A DNA stretch of 64,000 nt, taken from assembly GCA_965221165.1 (NCBI GenBank), contig CBDCRP010000002.1, positions 352,001-416,000 on the forward strand. The letters run 5' to 3'. Numbering within the stretch: position 1 is the first letter of the stretch; each line of letters starts with the position of its first letter. The notes beneath the pieces were generated by a model. That model saw nothing but the letters and a program-made list of their open reading frames with translations, was not told the origin of the DNA and ran no database searches. Of the stretch, positions 40,046 to 51,073 are shown piece by piece. The translations under genes and the position numbers were made by a program. Source of the DNA: a bacterium. Its GTDB lineage: Bacteria; UBA8248.

Positions 40046-40870
40046 TTGAATAGCGCCCCGCTTCTGCCCTCGATCCCCTGGCTCGCGCACGAGAGCGCGC
40101 GCTTTATCGCCCATCTTCGCGCGCTTTCAGATGCCGATTGGCTGAAGCCCACCTTCTGCCCGGGATGGAACGCGGCCCAGCTCATCGGCCACATGACGGG
40201 AGGGGCCGTCTCCTATGCCGAGCGTATCCGGGCGACGCGCAGAGGAGAGGTCATCCTCTCTCTCGGGGCCGGGACGCCGGCGGAATTTCAGGCGGCGCGC
40301 GATGCCATCACCCGAAAATCCATCGCCATGCCCTCCCAAGAGCGCATCGACTGGATAGAGCAAAGCCAGGACGCGCTCCAGGATGAATTGACGCGCTTAG
40401 AACCCGGCGATCTGGACCGAAAACTCTGGCACCGGAAGGGCGACACACGGGTGCGAACTTTTCCCGATCAGCGCCTCTACGAAGTGGCGCTTCACGGCTG
40501 GGATTTGGAAAACCGGCCCGACTCACCGCTTGAGACCGAATCTCTGGGCGCGCTCGTGGCGATCCTCGAAACGAGGCTTCCCATATACGTCAACCGCGCC
40601 GCGCCTACTGGAATTACGGGTGTGTTTCGCTTCGAGACGACGGCACCCGGGGCGGCATGGGAAATGGCGATAGCAGGTGGCGAAGCATCGCCCACGGAGG
40701 GTCTATCTGAGGCGCCCGACGCCGCTTTCTCCGCATCTGCGAGCGACATGGTGCTCTTGTGCGCGGGCCGGGCGAATCGCGCGCAGAAAATCGAGAATGG
40801 CTCTCTACGCATTCAGGGAGACGCGCAAAAAGCAACAAAACTCATGGACGTCCTCTTTCAGCCCTTTTGA
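40046..40870 (+). CDS. Maleylpyruvate-isomerase N-terminal (DinB-like) protein with SCP2-like C-terminus
   Basis: W..PT.CPGW....LIGH, E.ALH.WD. Confidence 0.75.
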   Translation: MNSAPLLPSIPWLAHESARFIAHLRALSDADWLKPTFCPGWNAAQLIGHMTGGAVSYAERIRATRRGEVILSLGAGTPAEFQAARDAITRKSIAMPSQERIDWIEQSQDALQDELTRLEPGDLDRKLWHRKGDTRVRTFPDQRLYEVALHGWDLENRPDSPLETESLGALVAILETRLPIYVNRAAPTGITGVFRFETTAPGAAWEMAIAGGEASPTEGLSEAPDAAFSASASDMVLLCAGRANRAQKIENGSLRIQGDAQKATKLMDVLFQPF

Positions 40871-40897
40871 GCGCAGCGCGGGAGCAGGGGAAAAGTC

Positions 40898-41410
40898 ATG
40901 CGGCTCGTCATCGATGGATACAACCTCATACCCGCCATCGCCGAACTCAGGCGCGTTCTTCATCAGGATTTGGAAGCCGGGCGCGAGGGCCTCGTCGAGA
41001 TGCTCCAGAGCTACCGCAGGAATTCTCAGGGAAATCCCCAGATTACCGTCGTGTTCGACGGCAAATCCCACCATGACCGAGGGGGGAGAAGCCCGGGCGG
41101 CGTGGAGGTGTTGTTCTCCAGACACGAAATCGCCGACGCGCTTATCCTGCGTCTCTTAAAAGACAAATATAGGGGAGCGGTTCTCGTCACCTCGGACAGG
41201 GCGCTCGGCGAGGCGGCGGCACCCTTCGCGTCTGCGGTCGTGCGGACGGGCGAGTTCCGGGATCGGCTCCATCAGGCGGCCTTCATGGAAGATGACGCGC
41301 CAGAAGATGAGCCATCCAGAACGCCCAGGCACGACACGAAGAAAAAAGGAAACCCCAGGCGCGCGCCCAAAAAAGAGCGCAAAAGAAACCGGCAACTCAA
41401 GAATCTTTAG
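40898..41410 (+). CDS. NYN/YacP-like PIN-fold ribonuclease
   Basis: IDGYNL, VVFDG, AD..I, VTSDR. Confidence 0.85.
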   Translation: MRLVIDGYNLIPAIAELRRVLHQDLEAGREGLVEMLQSYRRNSQGNPQITVVFDGKSHHDRGGRSPGGVEVLFSRHEIADALILRLLKDKYRGAVLVTSDRALGEAAAPFASAVVRTGEFRDRLHQAAFMEDDAPEDEPSRTPRHDTKKKGNPRRAPKKERKRNRQLKNL

Positions 41411-41640
41411 CGCGGTGCCCATGCGAGGCGGGCGCTGGCACCTCGCGCGGCGGTTTTCGTCTCTTTTCCCGAAAACCCATCGCCCTGTCCGGCACACGCA
41501 GTTTTTCGCAGCCCCGCGCGGGAATCGCATGACCCCTACGTTCATGTGAATGTCCTTGGAATAGAATACCGCTCAGCTTTTCAATCGCCCGCGCATGGCC
41601 CCGAAATGCAGGATGATGGAGAGCGTCGCCCGTATAAAAC

Positions 41641-42543
41641 CTATTCGGAGCGCAGTCTGGGGTCGAGCGTATCGCGCACGGCGTCGCCGAAGAGGTTGAA
41701 GGCGAAGACGGCGGCGGTGATGGCGAGACCGGGGAAAACGGGAATCCACGGCGCGCTTTCGGCGTATTCCTCAGCCCCTCCCTGAAGCATCAACCCCCAG
41801 GCGGCGGTGGGTTCCTGTACGCCGAGACCTAAGTAGGAGAGTGAGGCTTCGAGCAGTATCGCCTGGCCGAGGAAAGCAGTGAGCATGATGAGATAGGGCG
41901 CCATGACGTTGGGGATCATGTGCCGGAAGATGATGCGCACGTGCGCGAAGCCGAGAGCCCGGGCGGCGTCCACGTAGGGAATCTCGCGGATGGAGAGCGC
42001 GCTCGAGCGCACCACGCGGGCGCATCTGGGGATTAAGGGAATCGTGATGGCGAAAATCACGTTCTGCGTTCCGGTGCCGAAGATGGAAACCACCGAGAGC
42101 GCCATGATGATGAGCGGAAACGAGATGAAGATATCCATGAAGCGCTGAAAGATGAGGTCGAAGCGCCCGCCGAAATACGCACTCCCCACACCCAGGACGA
42201 GGCCGGCGGTGGAGCCCATTATGGAGGCCGAAAAGCCGATGAACAGCGCCGTTCTGGCGCCGAAGACGATGCGCGTAAAAATATCGCGCCCGAACTGATC
42301 CGTCCCGAACCAATGCGCGACGCTCGGGGCGACGTGCATGCTGTCGAAGGCATTCTGCACCGGATCGTAGAAGGTGATGACGTTCGCGAAACCGGCCAGC
42401 AGGATCATCACGAAGACGGCGCACGCGCTCACCGCGCCCAGCGGCTTCTTCCTCGCGGTATCCTTGAGCTTGCTCAACAGCGAGCGCTCGGGGACGGCGT
42501 CGAAATCCATCTCGGAGACGGCAAGGTCGGTGGGGGACGCCAT
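41641..42543 (-). CDS. Peptide/nickel-type ABC transporter permease (DppC-like)
   Basis: HWFGTDQFGRD, EASLSYLGLG, FNLFGD. Confidence 0.92.
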   Translation of the reverse strand: MASPTDLAVSEMDFDAVPERSLLSKLKDTARKKPLGAVSACAVFVMILLAGFANVITFYDPVQNAFDSMHVAPSVAHWFGTDQFGRDIFTRIVFGARTALFIGFSASIMGSTAGLVLGVGSAYFGGRFDLIFQRFMDIFISFPLIIMALSVVSIFGTGTQNVIFAITIPLIPRCARVVRSSALSIREIPYVDAARALGFAHVRIIFRHMIPNVMAPYLIMLTAFLGQAILLEASLSYLGLGVQEPTAAWGLMLQGGAEEYAESAPWIPVFPGLAITAAVFAFNLFGDAVRDTLDPRLRSE

Positions 42544-42554
42544 GGCGAAATCTC

Positions 42555-43526
42555 CTAGCTGTAGCGTATGCGCGGGTCGAGCCACGCATAGAGGATGTCG
42601 ATGAACAGGTTCGTAAATATAAAGACGACGGCCACGAGCATGACGAGCGACTGCGTCATGGTGTAGTCGTGGTTCGTCACCGACTCGACGAAGAGTTTCC
42701 CCAGGCCGTTCAAGTTGAAGACCTGTTCGGTCACCACCAGCCCGCCCATCAGGAAGGCGAACTCCAGGCCGATGACGGTCGCCACGGGCAGAAGCGAATT
42801 CTTGAGCGCATGGCGGTTGATGATGAGTTTCTCAAGCAACCCTTTCGCGCGTGCGGTACGCACATAATCCTCGCGCAGGACCTCTAAAAGGGCCGAGCGC
42901 GTCATGCGCGTGGCGACGGCGGAGTATCGATAACCCGTCGCGACGGCCGGCCATATCAACTGTGATATGTTGGCCACCGGGTCCTCCCATATCGGGGTAT
43001 AGTGAATCGGCGGCATCCAGGGGTCGCCGAAGAATTTTTGCGTCATGATCAAAAGGCCGAGAATGATGAGAATGCCCAGCCAGAACGAGGGCATGGCGAT
43101 GCCTGCGATGCTGATCGAGCGCACGACGTAGTCGATCCAGGTATCCTGCTTGATGGCGGATATCGTGCCGAGCGGAATGGCGATGAGGATGGCCGTGAGC
43201 GTCGCCATGATGGCGACCTGCAAGGAGAGTTCGAACCTAAGGCCGACCTCGTAGAGAATCGGCTTGCCCGTCCACATGGAGTTGCCCAGGTCGAACGTGA
43301 AGAATCCCGTGATGAAGTCGATGAACTGCACGTAGATGGGCGCGTCAATGCCCAGGTTCTGCTGGCACGTCGCTATCGCTTCCTTGTCCACGTACATGCC
43401 CGAGCCGGCCATGCGGAGTTCGCACACGTCACCCGGTATCAGGCGGAGCATGAAGAACACCAGCACCGCCGCTCCCAGGAGCGTCGGGAACATCAGCAAA
43501 ATTCTCTTGAGCGTATATTTGTACAC
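42555..43526 (-). CDS. Peptide/nickel-type ABC transporter permease (DppB-like)
   Basis: EDYVRTARAKGL, LDPRIRY. Confidence 0.92.
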   Translation of the reverse strand: MYKYTLKRILLMFPTLLGAAVLVFFMLRLIPGDVCELRMAGSGMYVDKEAIATCQQNLGIDAPIYVQFIDFITGFFTFDLGNSMWTGKPILYEVGLRFELSLQVAIMATLTAILIAIPLGTISAIKQDTWIDYVVRSISIAGIAMPSFWLGILIILGLLIMTQKFFGDPWMPPIHYTPIWEDPVANISQLIWPAVATGYRYSAVATRMTRSALLEVLREDYVRTARAKGLLEKLIINRHALKNSLLPVATVIGLEFAFLMGGLVVTEQVFNLNGLGKLFVESVTNHDYTMTQSLVMLVAVVFIFTNLFIDILYAWLDPRIRYS

Positions 43527-43618
43527 TTCCTGCGCCCCTGCGTTTCAGGCCACGTGCGGCCCCGGGCCGCCCTCCCCCACCACCCCGGCGATCCGGGCGG
43601 CGAGGGAGACGATGCGGC

Positions 43619-45241
43619 CTATTTGTCGAGCCAGACGTTATCCAGATGCTGGTTCAGATAGTGGCTCGGCGCGATCTTCCAACCCTTCACGTAGCTTCGG
43701 TGGGGGTTGATCTTGTACCACCAGAGCGTCACGAACTGGTGCGCCATCTCATCGAGGGCGCGCTTTTCATACTTGCGCATGATGGCGCGCTGTTTCTTCA
43801 CGTCGGGCTCGCGGTTCATCTCGTCGAACCATTTGTCGAGCTGGCGATCCTGGTATTGCGCATACTGGTTGCCCGCCTTGTCGTCGGAGATGAATTTCGA
43901 TACGTCCACCAGCGGATTGATGACCGACTGGCAGTTGAAGTCGATGGACACGTCGAAGTTCTTCTTCTTTCTGAGCGTGGCGTAAAAAGGCCCGGAGGGC
44001 TGCACCCACTGCTTGACCTTTAGCCCGATTTTCCGCCACTGGTCGATGACCCAGGTGCCCACGACCTTGTAGGGCTGATCCACGCCCCGGTTATGCAGGG
44101 TGAACTCGAAGCCGCCCGGGAAGCCGGCTTCCTTGAGGAGCCTCTTGGCCTCGGCGCGGGATTTGTTGATGTCCGGCCAGTAGCCCGCGATTTTCGTCAA
44201 CTCCTCTTTCGTGGCCGCCAGGGGATGCTTGGGAAAAACCACGCCGCCCACGGTCTTCACGATGGCGATGCGAGAGAGGTATTTGGAGCCGCCCCAGCGG
44301 TCAATCGCCAGCGTAAGCGCCCGGCGCACGCGCGCGTCGTCGAAAGGCTTGCGTTTGTGGTTGGGCGTCACCATGAGATTGCAGTTCCAGTCGCTTTCCT
44401 GGACCGTGAGCTTATCGCCCAGCGCGTTCTTGAGATCATCGCGCGCCTTGGGCGGAAATCCGCGAAATTCGATGGCCGCGCGGTCGCCCCGAATGGCCTG
44501 GAGGCGAATGGCCATCTTGGGCGCGGAAATCGCCCGATAACCATCGAGGTAGGGTTTTCCCTTGTGGTGGTATTTGGCGTAGCGCTTGCCCTCGACGAAC
44601 GCGCCCGGCTGGTGCTGCACGAACGTGAAGGCGCCCGTGCCGTTCACGTTTTTCTGATGCCATCTGTAGCCGTGCTTGTCGAGGTCGGCCTTCGAGTAGA
44701 TGAAGTTGTAGGGAAGCGCGAGCGCCGGAACGAAGGCGCCCGTGGGGTATTTCAGCTTAAAAACCAGCGTCTCGGGGTCCGGTGCGGTGACTGATTTCAC
44801 CATGCTGAAAAACGCCTTGCGGTTGCTCTCGATGCCCTTCGGCGGGCTGATGATCTTATCGTAGGTCGCCTTCACGTCCGCCGAGGTGAGTTTCTGGCCG
44901 TTGTGGAACGAGATGTCCTTGCGGATTTTGAAGGTGTACTTCGTGTGCCCTTCGGTCGGCTTCGGCACCCCGCCCTCGCACACGTCGCAGATGAAATCCG
45001 TGGGCGATGCGGGGTTATCCGGATTCACGCGAATCAGGAGGCTGTAGAAGGGACGAAGCGGGTGAATCATCCCGAAGGTGGATTCGATGTGGCCGTCGTA
45101 TGAGGGAATCTTACTGCCGACGACGAATTTGAGAACGCCGCCCTTCCTGGGAGCCGCCTCGGCGGGTGGAGCAAAACTCCAGAGCGCCAGAGCGAACAGC
45201 GCCGCCAAGATAAGTGAGGTTTTAAAACAGGTCTTAAACAT
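43619..45241 (-). CDS. ABC transporter substrate-binding protein, family 5
   Basis: Signal peptide; FHNG..LTS.DV, GTG.F, PFDD.RVRRAL. Confidence 0.9.
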   Translation of the reverse strand: MFKTCFKTSLILAALFALALWSFAPPAEAAPRKGGVLKFVVGSKIPSYDGHIESTFGMIHPLRPFYSLLIRVNPDNPASPTDFICDVCEGGVPKPTEGHTKYTFKIRKDISFHNGQKLTSADVKATYDKIISPPKGIESNRKAFFSMVKSVTAPDPETLVFKLKYPTGAFVPALALPYNFIYSKADLDKHGYRWHQKNVNGTGAFTFVQHQPGAFVEGKRYAKYHHKGKPYLDGYRAISAPKMAIRLQAIRGDRAAIEFRGFPPKARDDLKNALGDKLTVQESDWNCNLMVTPNHKRKPFDDARVRRALTLAIDRWGGSKYLSRIAIVKTVGGVVFPKHPLAATKEELTKIAGYWPDINKSRAEAKRLLKEAGFPGGFEFTLHNRGVDQPYKVVGTWVIDQWRKIGLKVKQWVQPSGPFYATLRKKKNFDVSIDFNCQSVINPLVDVSKFISDDKAGNQYAQYQDRQLDKWFDEMNREPDVKKQRAIMRKYEKRALDEMAHQFVTLWWYKINPHRSYVKGWKIAPSHYLNQHLDNVWLDK

Positions 45242-45329
45242 ATGGATGCCTCCTTTTTAAGTCCTCGGGTAAAATTCGTACATCCCAAATCAAGTCATGA
45301 AACAAGAGAAACAACAAATCCAAAAAATT

Positions 45330-46364
45330 TCAGACTTCCGTACAGGCCACCCAATGGCCCGGCCTCAACTCCCGCAACGCAGGCACCTCTTTAGAGCAGC
45401 TATCCACCGCGATAGGACACCGGGGATGAAACACACAGCCCGCCGGCGGGTTTATCGGGCTGGGCACCTCTCCCGCGACGATTCTGATATCCCGTTTTTG
45501 CTCGACTTCGGGGTCCGGCACCGGAACGGCCGAAAGCAGCGCCCGCGTATAGGGATGCATCGGATTATCGTACAAATCATCACAATCCGCCAATTCCACG
45601 ATCCGGCCCAGATACATGACCGCCACCCGGTGGCAAAGGTGGCGCACCACGCTCAAATCGTGCGCAATGAACAGGTACGTCAGATTATATTCGTCTCTCA
45701 AATCTTCGAGCAAATTGATGATTTGCGCCTGAATGGACACGTCGAGCGCCGAGACGGGTTCATCGCAGATGATAAAATCGGGCTTAAGGCTCAAGGCCCG
45801 GGCGATTCCCACGCGCTGGCGCTGCCCGCCGCTCATCTCGTGAGGGTATCTATCCGCCATCTTGGGATTGAGCCCGCAGACGCTGAGCAGTTCGCTGACT
45901 GCGTGCTTTCGCTTCCGGGCGTCGGGTTCGATGCCGTGGACGTACATGGGCTCGTCTATCATCTCGCCGATCTTCATGCGCGGGTTCAGAGAGCTGTAAG
46001 GGTCCTGGAAGATGACCTGTATCTTCTGGCGATACTCGCGCAGCGCCACCTGATCGAGTTTCGTCAAATCCACGCCGTCGAAAAAAATTTCGCCCTCCGT
46101 GGGTCGTTCGAGTTGAAGAATGCACCTGCCCGTCGTCGTCTTGCCGCAGCCGCTCTCGCCCACGAGACCCAGCGTCTCGCCCCGCCTGATGTGGAAATCC
46201 ACGCCGTCCACCGCCTTCACGAGGCCGACGAGCTTGTTGAAAACGATGCCCTCGGTTATGGGAAAGTGCATCTTGAGGCCCTTGACGTCCACGAGCACGT
46301 CGCCAAGCCCCCCGTTTCGGGAGAGTTGAGCATCATTTTCGAGGGTGGCCGCGTCATGAGTCAT
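45330..46364 (-). CDS. ABC transporter ATP-binding protein (DppF-like)
   Basis: [25 protein letters not shown]. Confidence 0.93.
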   Translation of the reverse strand: MTHDAATLENDAQLSRNGGLGDVLVDVKGLKMHFPITEGIVFNKLVGLVKAVDGVDFHIRRGETLGLVGESGCGKTTTGRCILQLERPTEGEIFFDGVDLTKLDQVALREYRQKIQVIFQDPYSSLNPRMKIGEMIDEPMYVHGIEPDARKRKHAVSELLSVCGLNPKMADRYPHEMSGGQRQRVGIARALSLKPDFIICDEPVSALDVSIQAQIINLLEDLRDEYNLTYLFIAHDLSVVRHLCHRVAVMYLGRIVELADCDDLYDNPMHPYTRALLSAVPVPDPEVEQKRDIRIVAGEVPSPINPPAGCVFHPRCPIAVDSCSKEVPALRELRPGHWVACTEV

Positions 46365-46368
46365 TCGC

Positions 46369-47358
46369 TCATCCTTTCACCGTTTCAAGATTGTACTTTT
46401 CCCAGCAAGCGGCGAGATGCCCGTTTCCCACAGTCTCCAGCGGCGGCATCTCACTCGCGCATCTACCCACGGCGAACTTGCACCGTGGCAGAAAAGAGCA
46501 ACTCTCCCCCAGGCGCGTGAGGTCGGGCGGTTGCCCGTCGATGGGATCCAGGCGCTTTTGTCTGGGCTGATCGAGCCTCGGCACGGAACTCAGCAGCCCC
46601 AGGGTGTATGGATGTCTGGGTTCGCGGTAGATGTCCGCCGCAAGACCGCGCTCGATAATCTTTCCGGCATACATGACGTTCACGCGATCCGCATACCGGG
46701 CCACCACGCCGAGGTTGTGCGTGATGATGATGAGCGCCACGCCGAGACGCTTGGTGAGGTTTTTCATCAACTCCAGAATCTGGGCCTGGATGGTGACGTC
46801 GAGCGCCGTCGTCGGCTCATCCGCGATGATGAGCTTCGGCTCGCAGCAAAGCGCCATCGCAATCATCACCCTTTGCCGCATCCCGCCGCTTAAGTGATGG
46901 GGATATTGCCGAATACGCCGCTCAGGCTCGGATATACCCACGAGGCGGAGATATTCGACCGCTTTTCTCTCCGCGTCGGCTCTTTCCATGCGGAGGTGAT
47001 GCTCCATCGTCTCGGTGAGTTGTAATCCGATGGTCAAAACGGGATTGAGGGAGGTCATCGGCTCCTGAAAGATCATGCCGATCTGGCGGCCCCGGATGTT
47101 TCTGATCTGGAGATCGTCGAGCCCAATCAGATCATCGCCCAGAAAGCGTATCGCTCCCCCGACGATGCGGCCGGGCGGGTTCGGGATGAGACCGAGAACA
47201 GAGAGCGCACTCACGGACTTCCCGCAGCCCGATTCGCCGACAATCGCCACCGTCTCGCCTTCCTGAACGTCGTAGGAGATGCCGTTGACGGCCTTGACGA
47301 CGCCGGAGGAGGTAAAAAAATGGGTGTTCAAGTCCTCGATTTCAAGAAGCGCGCTCAT
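46369..47358 (-). CDS. ABC transporter ATP-binding protein (DppD-like)
   Basis: [26 protein letters not shown]. Confidence 0.93.
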   Translation of the reverse strand: MSALLEIEDLNTHFFTSSGVVKAVNGISYDVQEGETVAIVGESGCGKSVSALSVLGLIPNPPGRIVGGAIRFLGDDLIGLDDLQIRNIRGRQIGMIFQEPMTSLNPVLTIGLQLTETMEHHLRMERADAERKAVEYLRLVGISEPERRIRQYPHHLSGGMRQRVMIAMALCCEPKLIIADEPTTALDVTIQAQILELMKNLTKRLGVALIIITHNLGVVARYADRVNVMYAGKIIERGLAADIYREPRHPYTLGLLSSVPRLDQPRQKRLDPIDGQPPDLTRLGESCSFLPRCKFAVGRCASEMPPLETVGNGHLAACWEKYNLETVKG

Positions 47359-47531
47359 CGACCCTCCCCCTTACGAAACCAGGAAGAAACAAAGTCGAAA
47401 AATGTCACTGGAGCTTTGTCAATCCAGGGTAGGGAAAACACTAAATGTTGTTGAATGCAAAGTCAATCGGCGATTTTCGACGCATGGGCGGGGGCCTTTT
47501 TCAGGCGTTAAATAGTGGGCGAAACGCGGCG

Positions 47532-49643
47532 TCAGGCGGAGTTTCCGGTGATGACGAGCGCATCCGCCACGAGGCATCCCCTGCCCGCCTCGCGCAGAAA
47601 AACGGGGTTCAAATCAATCTCCTCAATCTGCTCACGGTGAGCGAAAGCGACCTCTCCCAGGCGGCGGATGGCCTCGGCGAAGGCTTCCGTGTCGAGCGGC
47701 CCGCACCCCCGGTGGCTCCCGAATATCTTTTTGCTCTTAAGCTCATCCATCATCTCGTGGGCGTCATCAAGCACAAGGGGCGCTGCGCGCGCGCTCACGT
47801 CGTCGAGCAGTTCCACGTCCCTCCCGCCCAGGCCAATCGTCACCATCGGACCGAACTGAGCGTCCTTTCTCACGCCCAACAAGAACTCGACGCCATCCTC
47901 GACTTGCTCCTGAAGGAGATAGCCCTCCAGATCACATTTCTCCCAGAGGCTCGTGATTTCAGAGAGGGCGGCTTCGAGCGACGCCTCATCGCCTAAGCCC
48001 GTTTTCACGAGCCCCCATTCCGTCTTGTGGTGAATTTTCGAGGACACCCCCTTCAAAACGAGCGGAAAGCGCAAATCCCTCGCTGCGCGGCGCACCTCTT
48101 CTTCTGTGCGGCAATACCGATGGGCCACCACGGGCAAACCGAAATCTCGAACGAGCGCCAGACATTGCGCCTCATTCAGTGATCCAGCGCTCGACAGGAT
48201 CTCCACAACCGAGGGGGATGGCGCTTCATAAGCGGGCCGCGGCGCGCTCTTTTTTCTTCTCTTCAAAACTTTTGCATACCGCACCAGAGCCGCCGCCGCG
48301 CGTGCACAGCCCGAGATGGACTGAAAAGAGGCGATTCCCTCTCCCGCAAGAAGCCTGTGCGCATCCTCCGCATGGGGATTGAAATAGGCCAGCATGGGAA
48401 CATCCGGGCTCGTCCGCTTCAACCGGACGATGGGTTCGACCCCCATCTCGGGCTTGAACTGCGCGCTCGAACCCACGATGGGGATCACCGCGTCGAAAGA
48501 GCCGCTCTCGAGAAAAGATTCGAGAAAATCAGAATACAGATGAATGTCCGCGATGGTGGTATCGAGCGGATTCTCTATCCGTCCGAACGCGGGGTGTTTT
48601 TCCTTTATCCGCGCGCGCAGGGCGTCATCCATCTCGGCGACCTGAAGGCCGAGCATCCCGCATTTATCGGCCATCAAGGCGCCGGCCCCGCCCGTCGTCG
48701 TCACGACCCCCACCCTGTCTCCTGCAGGTCTCGACGAGACGCAAAACATGTGCGCGACCTCGAAAAGCGCTTCGAGGTCATCCACCCGCGCAACGCCCCA
48801 TTGCCGGAACAGCGCCTCATACACCCTGTCCTCACCCACCATGGCCCCCGTATGGCTCAAGGCCGCGCGTTCACCCTCGCTCGCTTCGCCCACCTTCAGC
48901 ACGACCACGGGCTTCTCCCGGCGCAGCGCTTTTTCGAGAACCTTTTTGAATTTCTCCCCGTCGCGCACCCCTTCGAGATAGACCGCGACGGCGTGGGTGT
49001 GGGAATCGTCGATGAGATAGTCGAGATAATCCGAGACCTCCAGATCCATTTCGTTGCCGCAGGAGATCAGGTAGCTGAACCCGATGCCGCGCTGCGTCGC
49101 GCGAGAGAGCAAAGCGCCGCCGATGCTCCCGCTCTGGCAGACGACCCCGATGCGCCCCGGCAGCATCTCCTCCACGTCGAGCGCGATTAAGCCCGCCAAA
49201 TGAAAATTATGATGAAAATTATGAACGCCCGCCGTATTCGGCCCGCAAACGCGGATGCCGGCATCCCGGGCGATGCGCTGAATGTCAGCTTCCAGGCCCG
49301 CACCCGCCTCGTCCGCCTCGGAAAACCCGCCGGTATAGATGATGGCCGCGCCCACTCCCGACTCGGCGCATTCGGCCAGAACGCCCGCCACTCTCTCTCT
49401 TCCTACGGTGATGAAAGCGACGTCCGGCGCTTCGGGGAGCGCGTCGAGCCGCGGCCGGCAGCGCAGTCCGGCCACTTCCTCGTATTTGGGATTTATGGGA
49501 TATACCCGTCCCGAAAAACCGTGGCGAAGCAGGTTCTTCACCACGCGGCCGTTGAATTGCTCCAAATTCGCCGACGCCCCGACCACGGCTATCGACTCGG
49601 GCGTGAGGAGACCCTCGATTCCTTTGGGGGTAGCGCGTCGCAT
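47532..49643 (-). CDS. ADP-forming acyl-CoA synthetase (acetate-CoA ligase family)
   Basis: SIAVVGAS, GPN, QSG, GNE.D, SHTG, NPLD, ATP-grasp DLNP. Confidence 0.9.
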   Translation of the reverse strand: MRRATPKGIEGLLTPESIAVVGASANLEQFNGRVVKNLLRHGFSGRVYPINPKYEEVAGLRCRPRLDALPEAPDVAFITVGRERVAGVLAECAESGVGAAIIYTGGFSEADEAGAGLEADIQRIARDAGIRVCGPNTAGVHNFHHNFHLAGLIALDVEEMLPGRIGVVCQSGSIGGALLSRATQRGIGFSYLISCGNEMDLEVSDYLDYLIDDSHTHAVAVYLEGVRDGEKFKKVLEKALRREKPVVVLKVGEASEGERAALSHTGAMVGEDRVYEALFRQWGVARVDDLEALFEVAHMFCVSSRPAGDRVGVVTTTGGAGALMADKCGMLGLQVAEMDDALRARIKEKHPAFGRIENPLDTTIADIHLYSDFLESFLESGSFDAVIPIVGSSAQFKPEMGVEPIVRLKRTSPDVPMLAYFNPHAEDAHRLLAGEGIASFQSISGCARAAAALVRYAKVLKRRKKSAPRPAYEAPSPSVVEILSSAGSLNEAQCLALVRDFGLPVVAHRYCRTEEEVRRAARDLRFPLVLKGVSSKIHHKTEWGLVKTGLGDEASLEAALSEITSLWEKCDLEGYLLQEQVEDGVEFLLGVRKDAQFGPMVTIGLGGRDVELLDDVSARAAPLVLDDAHEMMDELKSKKIFGSHRGCGPLDTEAFAEAIRRLGEVAFAHREQIEEIDLNPVFLREAGRGCLVADALVITGNSA

Positions 49644-49681
49644 GCTCAGGCGAAATCCCTAAAATTCATGGCGAGTAGAAA

Positions 49682-50833
49682 TTACGCTCTTGGCGGGCGC
49701 TGGCTGAAGGGGCGCTCATAGATCAGGGAAGCCAGGCGGTTTCTCAACATCTCGGCGGAGCCTCCCGCGATGGACCACCCGCGAATCTTGCGGTAGAGAA
49801 ACTCGAGCGGCATCTCGGTCGAAAAACCATAGCCGCCGTGAAGCTGAATCGCGTCGTCCGCCACCTGGCGCGCCATCTCGTTGCAGTAGAGTTTCGCGCT
49901 CGTCGTCTCCAGCGCCGAGGGCAGACCCGCGCGCGCGTTCGAGAGCGCCCTATACAGGAGCAGGCGCGCCGCTTCGAGCTTGACCCGCATGTCCGCCACC
50001 ATCCACTGCACTCCCTGAAACTCACACAAGGGGCGCCCGAATTGGCGCCTCTCGCTGGTGTGGGCGACCGTCATATCGTAAGCCGCCTGCGCCAGGGCGA
50101 GGCAGCGCGTGGCGTTCCCCAGCCGCTCCACGTTGAACACGGGCATGAGCACCTGAAAACCCTCCGCATCCACCAGCACGTTCTCCTTTGGCGCGCGCGC
50201 GTTCTCGAAGTGAAGCGCGCAGTGCGCCTCCCCGCTCATGTAATGCTCGGTCTTTCCCTTCGTGAAGCCGGGCGTTCCCGTCTCCACCACGACGGCCCCG
50301 CAATCCCGCGGCCTGGGGCCGAAGCGGACGTAGACGACGAACAAATCCGCGTGCGGGGCGTTGGAGCTGAAACACTTCCGGCCGTTCACGACGACGCTCT
50401 CGCCGTCATATTCCGCCGTGGTTTGTAAATCCGTGGCGGCTGATCCGGCGTCGGGCTCCGTCATGCTGATGGAGATGATCTTCTCGCCCCGGCATATCGA
50501 GGGCAAAAAGCGTTTCTTTTGCTCGGCGGAACCCAACTCGTCTATCACGCGGATGGGCCCCATGTTCCCCATCTGCACCACGTCGCCGCTGTGGGGGCAC
50601 ACCTGGGAGACCGCTTCCATCACCAGGCAGGCCTCGAATATCGAGCGCCCCGCTCCGTGGGGTTCGGCCACCGTCATGCCCATCATGCCGTGCTCGGCCA
50701 GCACCTGCATCGAACGCCGGGGGTATTCGCCCGTCCGCGCATAGGAGAAGGCATCGGGCGCGAATTCCCTTAAGGCCAACTCGCGCGCCGTCTGCTGGAG
50801 CATGCGGTCCGAATCTTCGAGTTGAAAATCCAC
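49682..50833 (-). CDS. Acyl-CoA dehydrogenase family
   Basis: MTEPDAGS, RRQFGR.L..FQG, AIQLHGGYG. Confidence 0.92.
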   Translation of the reverse strand: MDFQLEDSDRMLQQTARELALREFAPDAFSYARTGEYPRRSMQVLAEHGMMGMTVAEPHGAGRSIFEACLVMEAVSQVCPHSGDVVQMGNMGPIRVIDELGSAEQKKRFLPSICRGEKIISISMTEPDAGSAATDLQTTAEYDGESVVVNGRKCFSSNAPHADLFVVYVRFGPRPRDCGAVVVETGTPGFTKGKTEHYMSGEAHCALHFENARAPKENVLVDAEGFQVLMPVFNVERLGNATRCLALAQAAYDMTVAHTSERRQFGRPLCEFQGVQWMVADMRVKLEAARLLLYRALSNARAGLPSALETTSAKLYCNEMARQVADDAIQLHGGYGFSTEMPLEFLYRKIRGWSIAGGSAEMLRNRLASLIYERPFSQRPPRA

Positions 50834-51073
50834 AACCTTCCCTCACATTTGTTTCAAGGATCACATCGCAATACCTAAAAACGCGCCGCCTGCCCTGCTG
50901 CTCACTCCAAGCGGACGCGTGCGGTACCCCAAGTTTTACAACACCTTCGGTTTCGAGGCGAGTTTCCGCCGCGCACCGATGAAATACTGCCGTGCCCCGG
51001 GTCCGGGAGGGCTTTGGACAGCGCCCGAATTATTCTACAATCACAGAATCCACCATCCGCCACGGAGGCCGCG

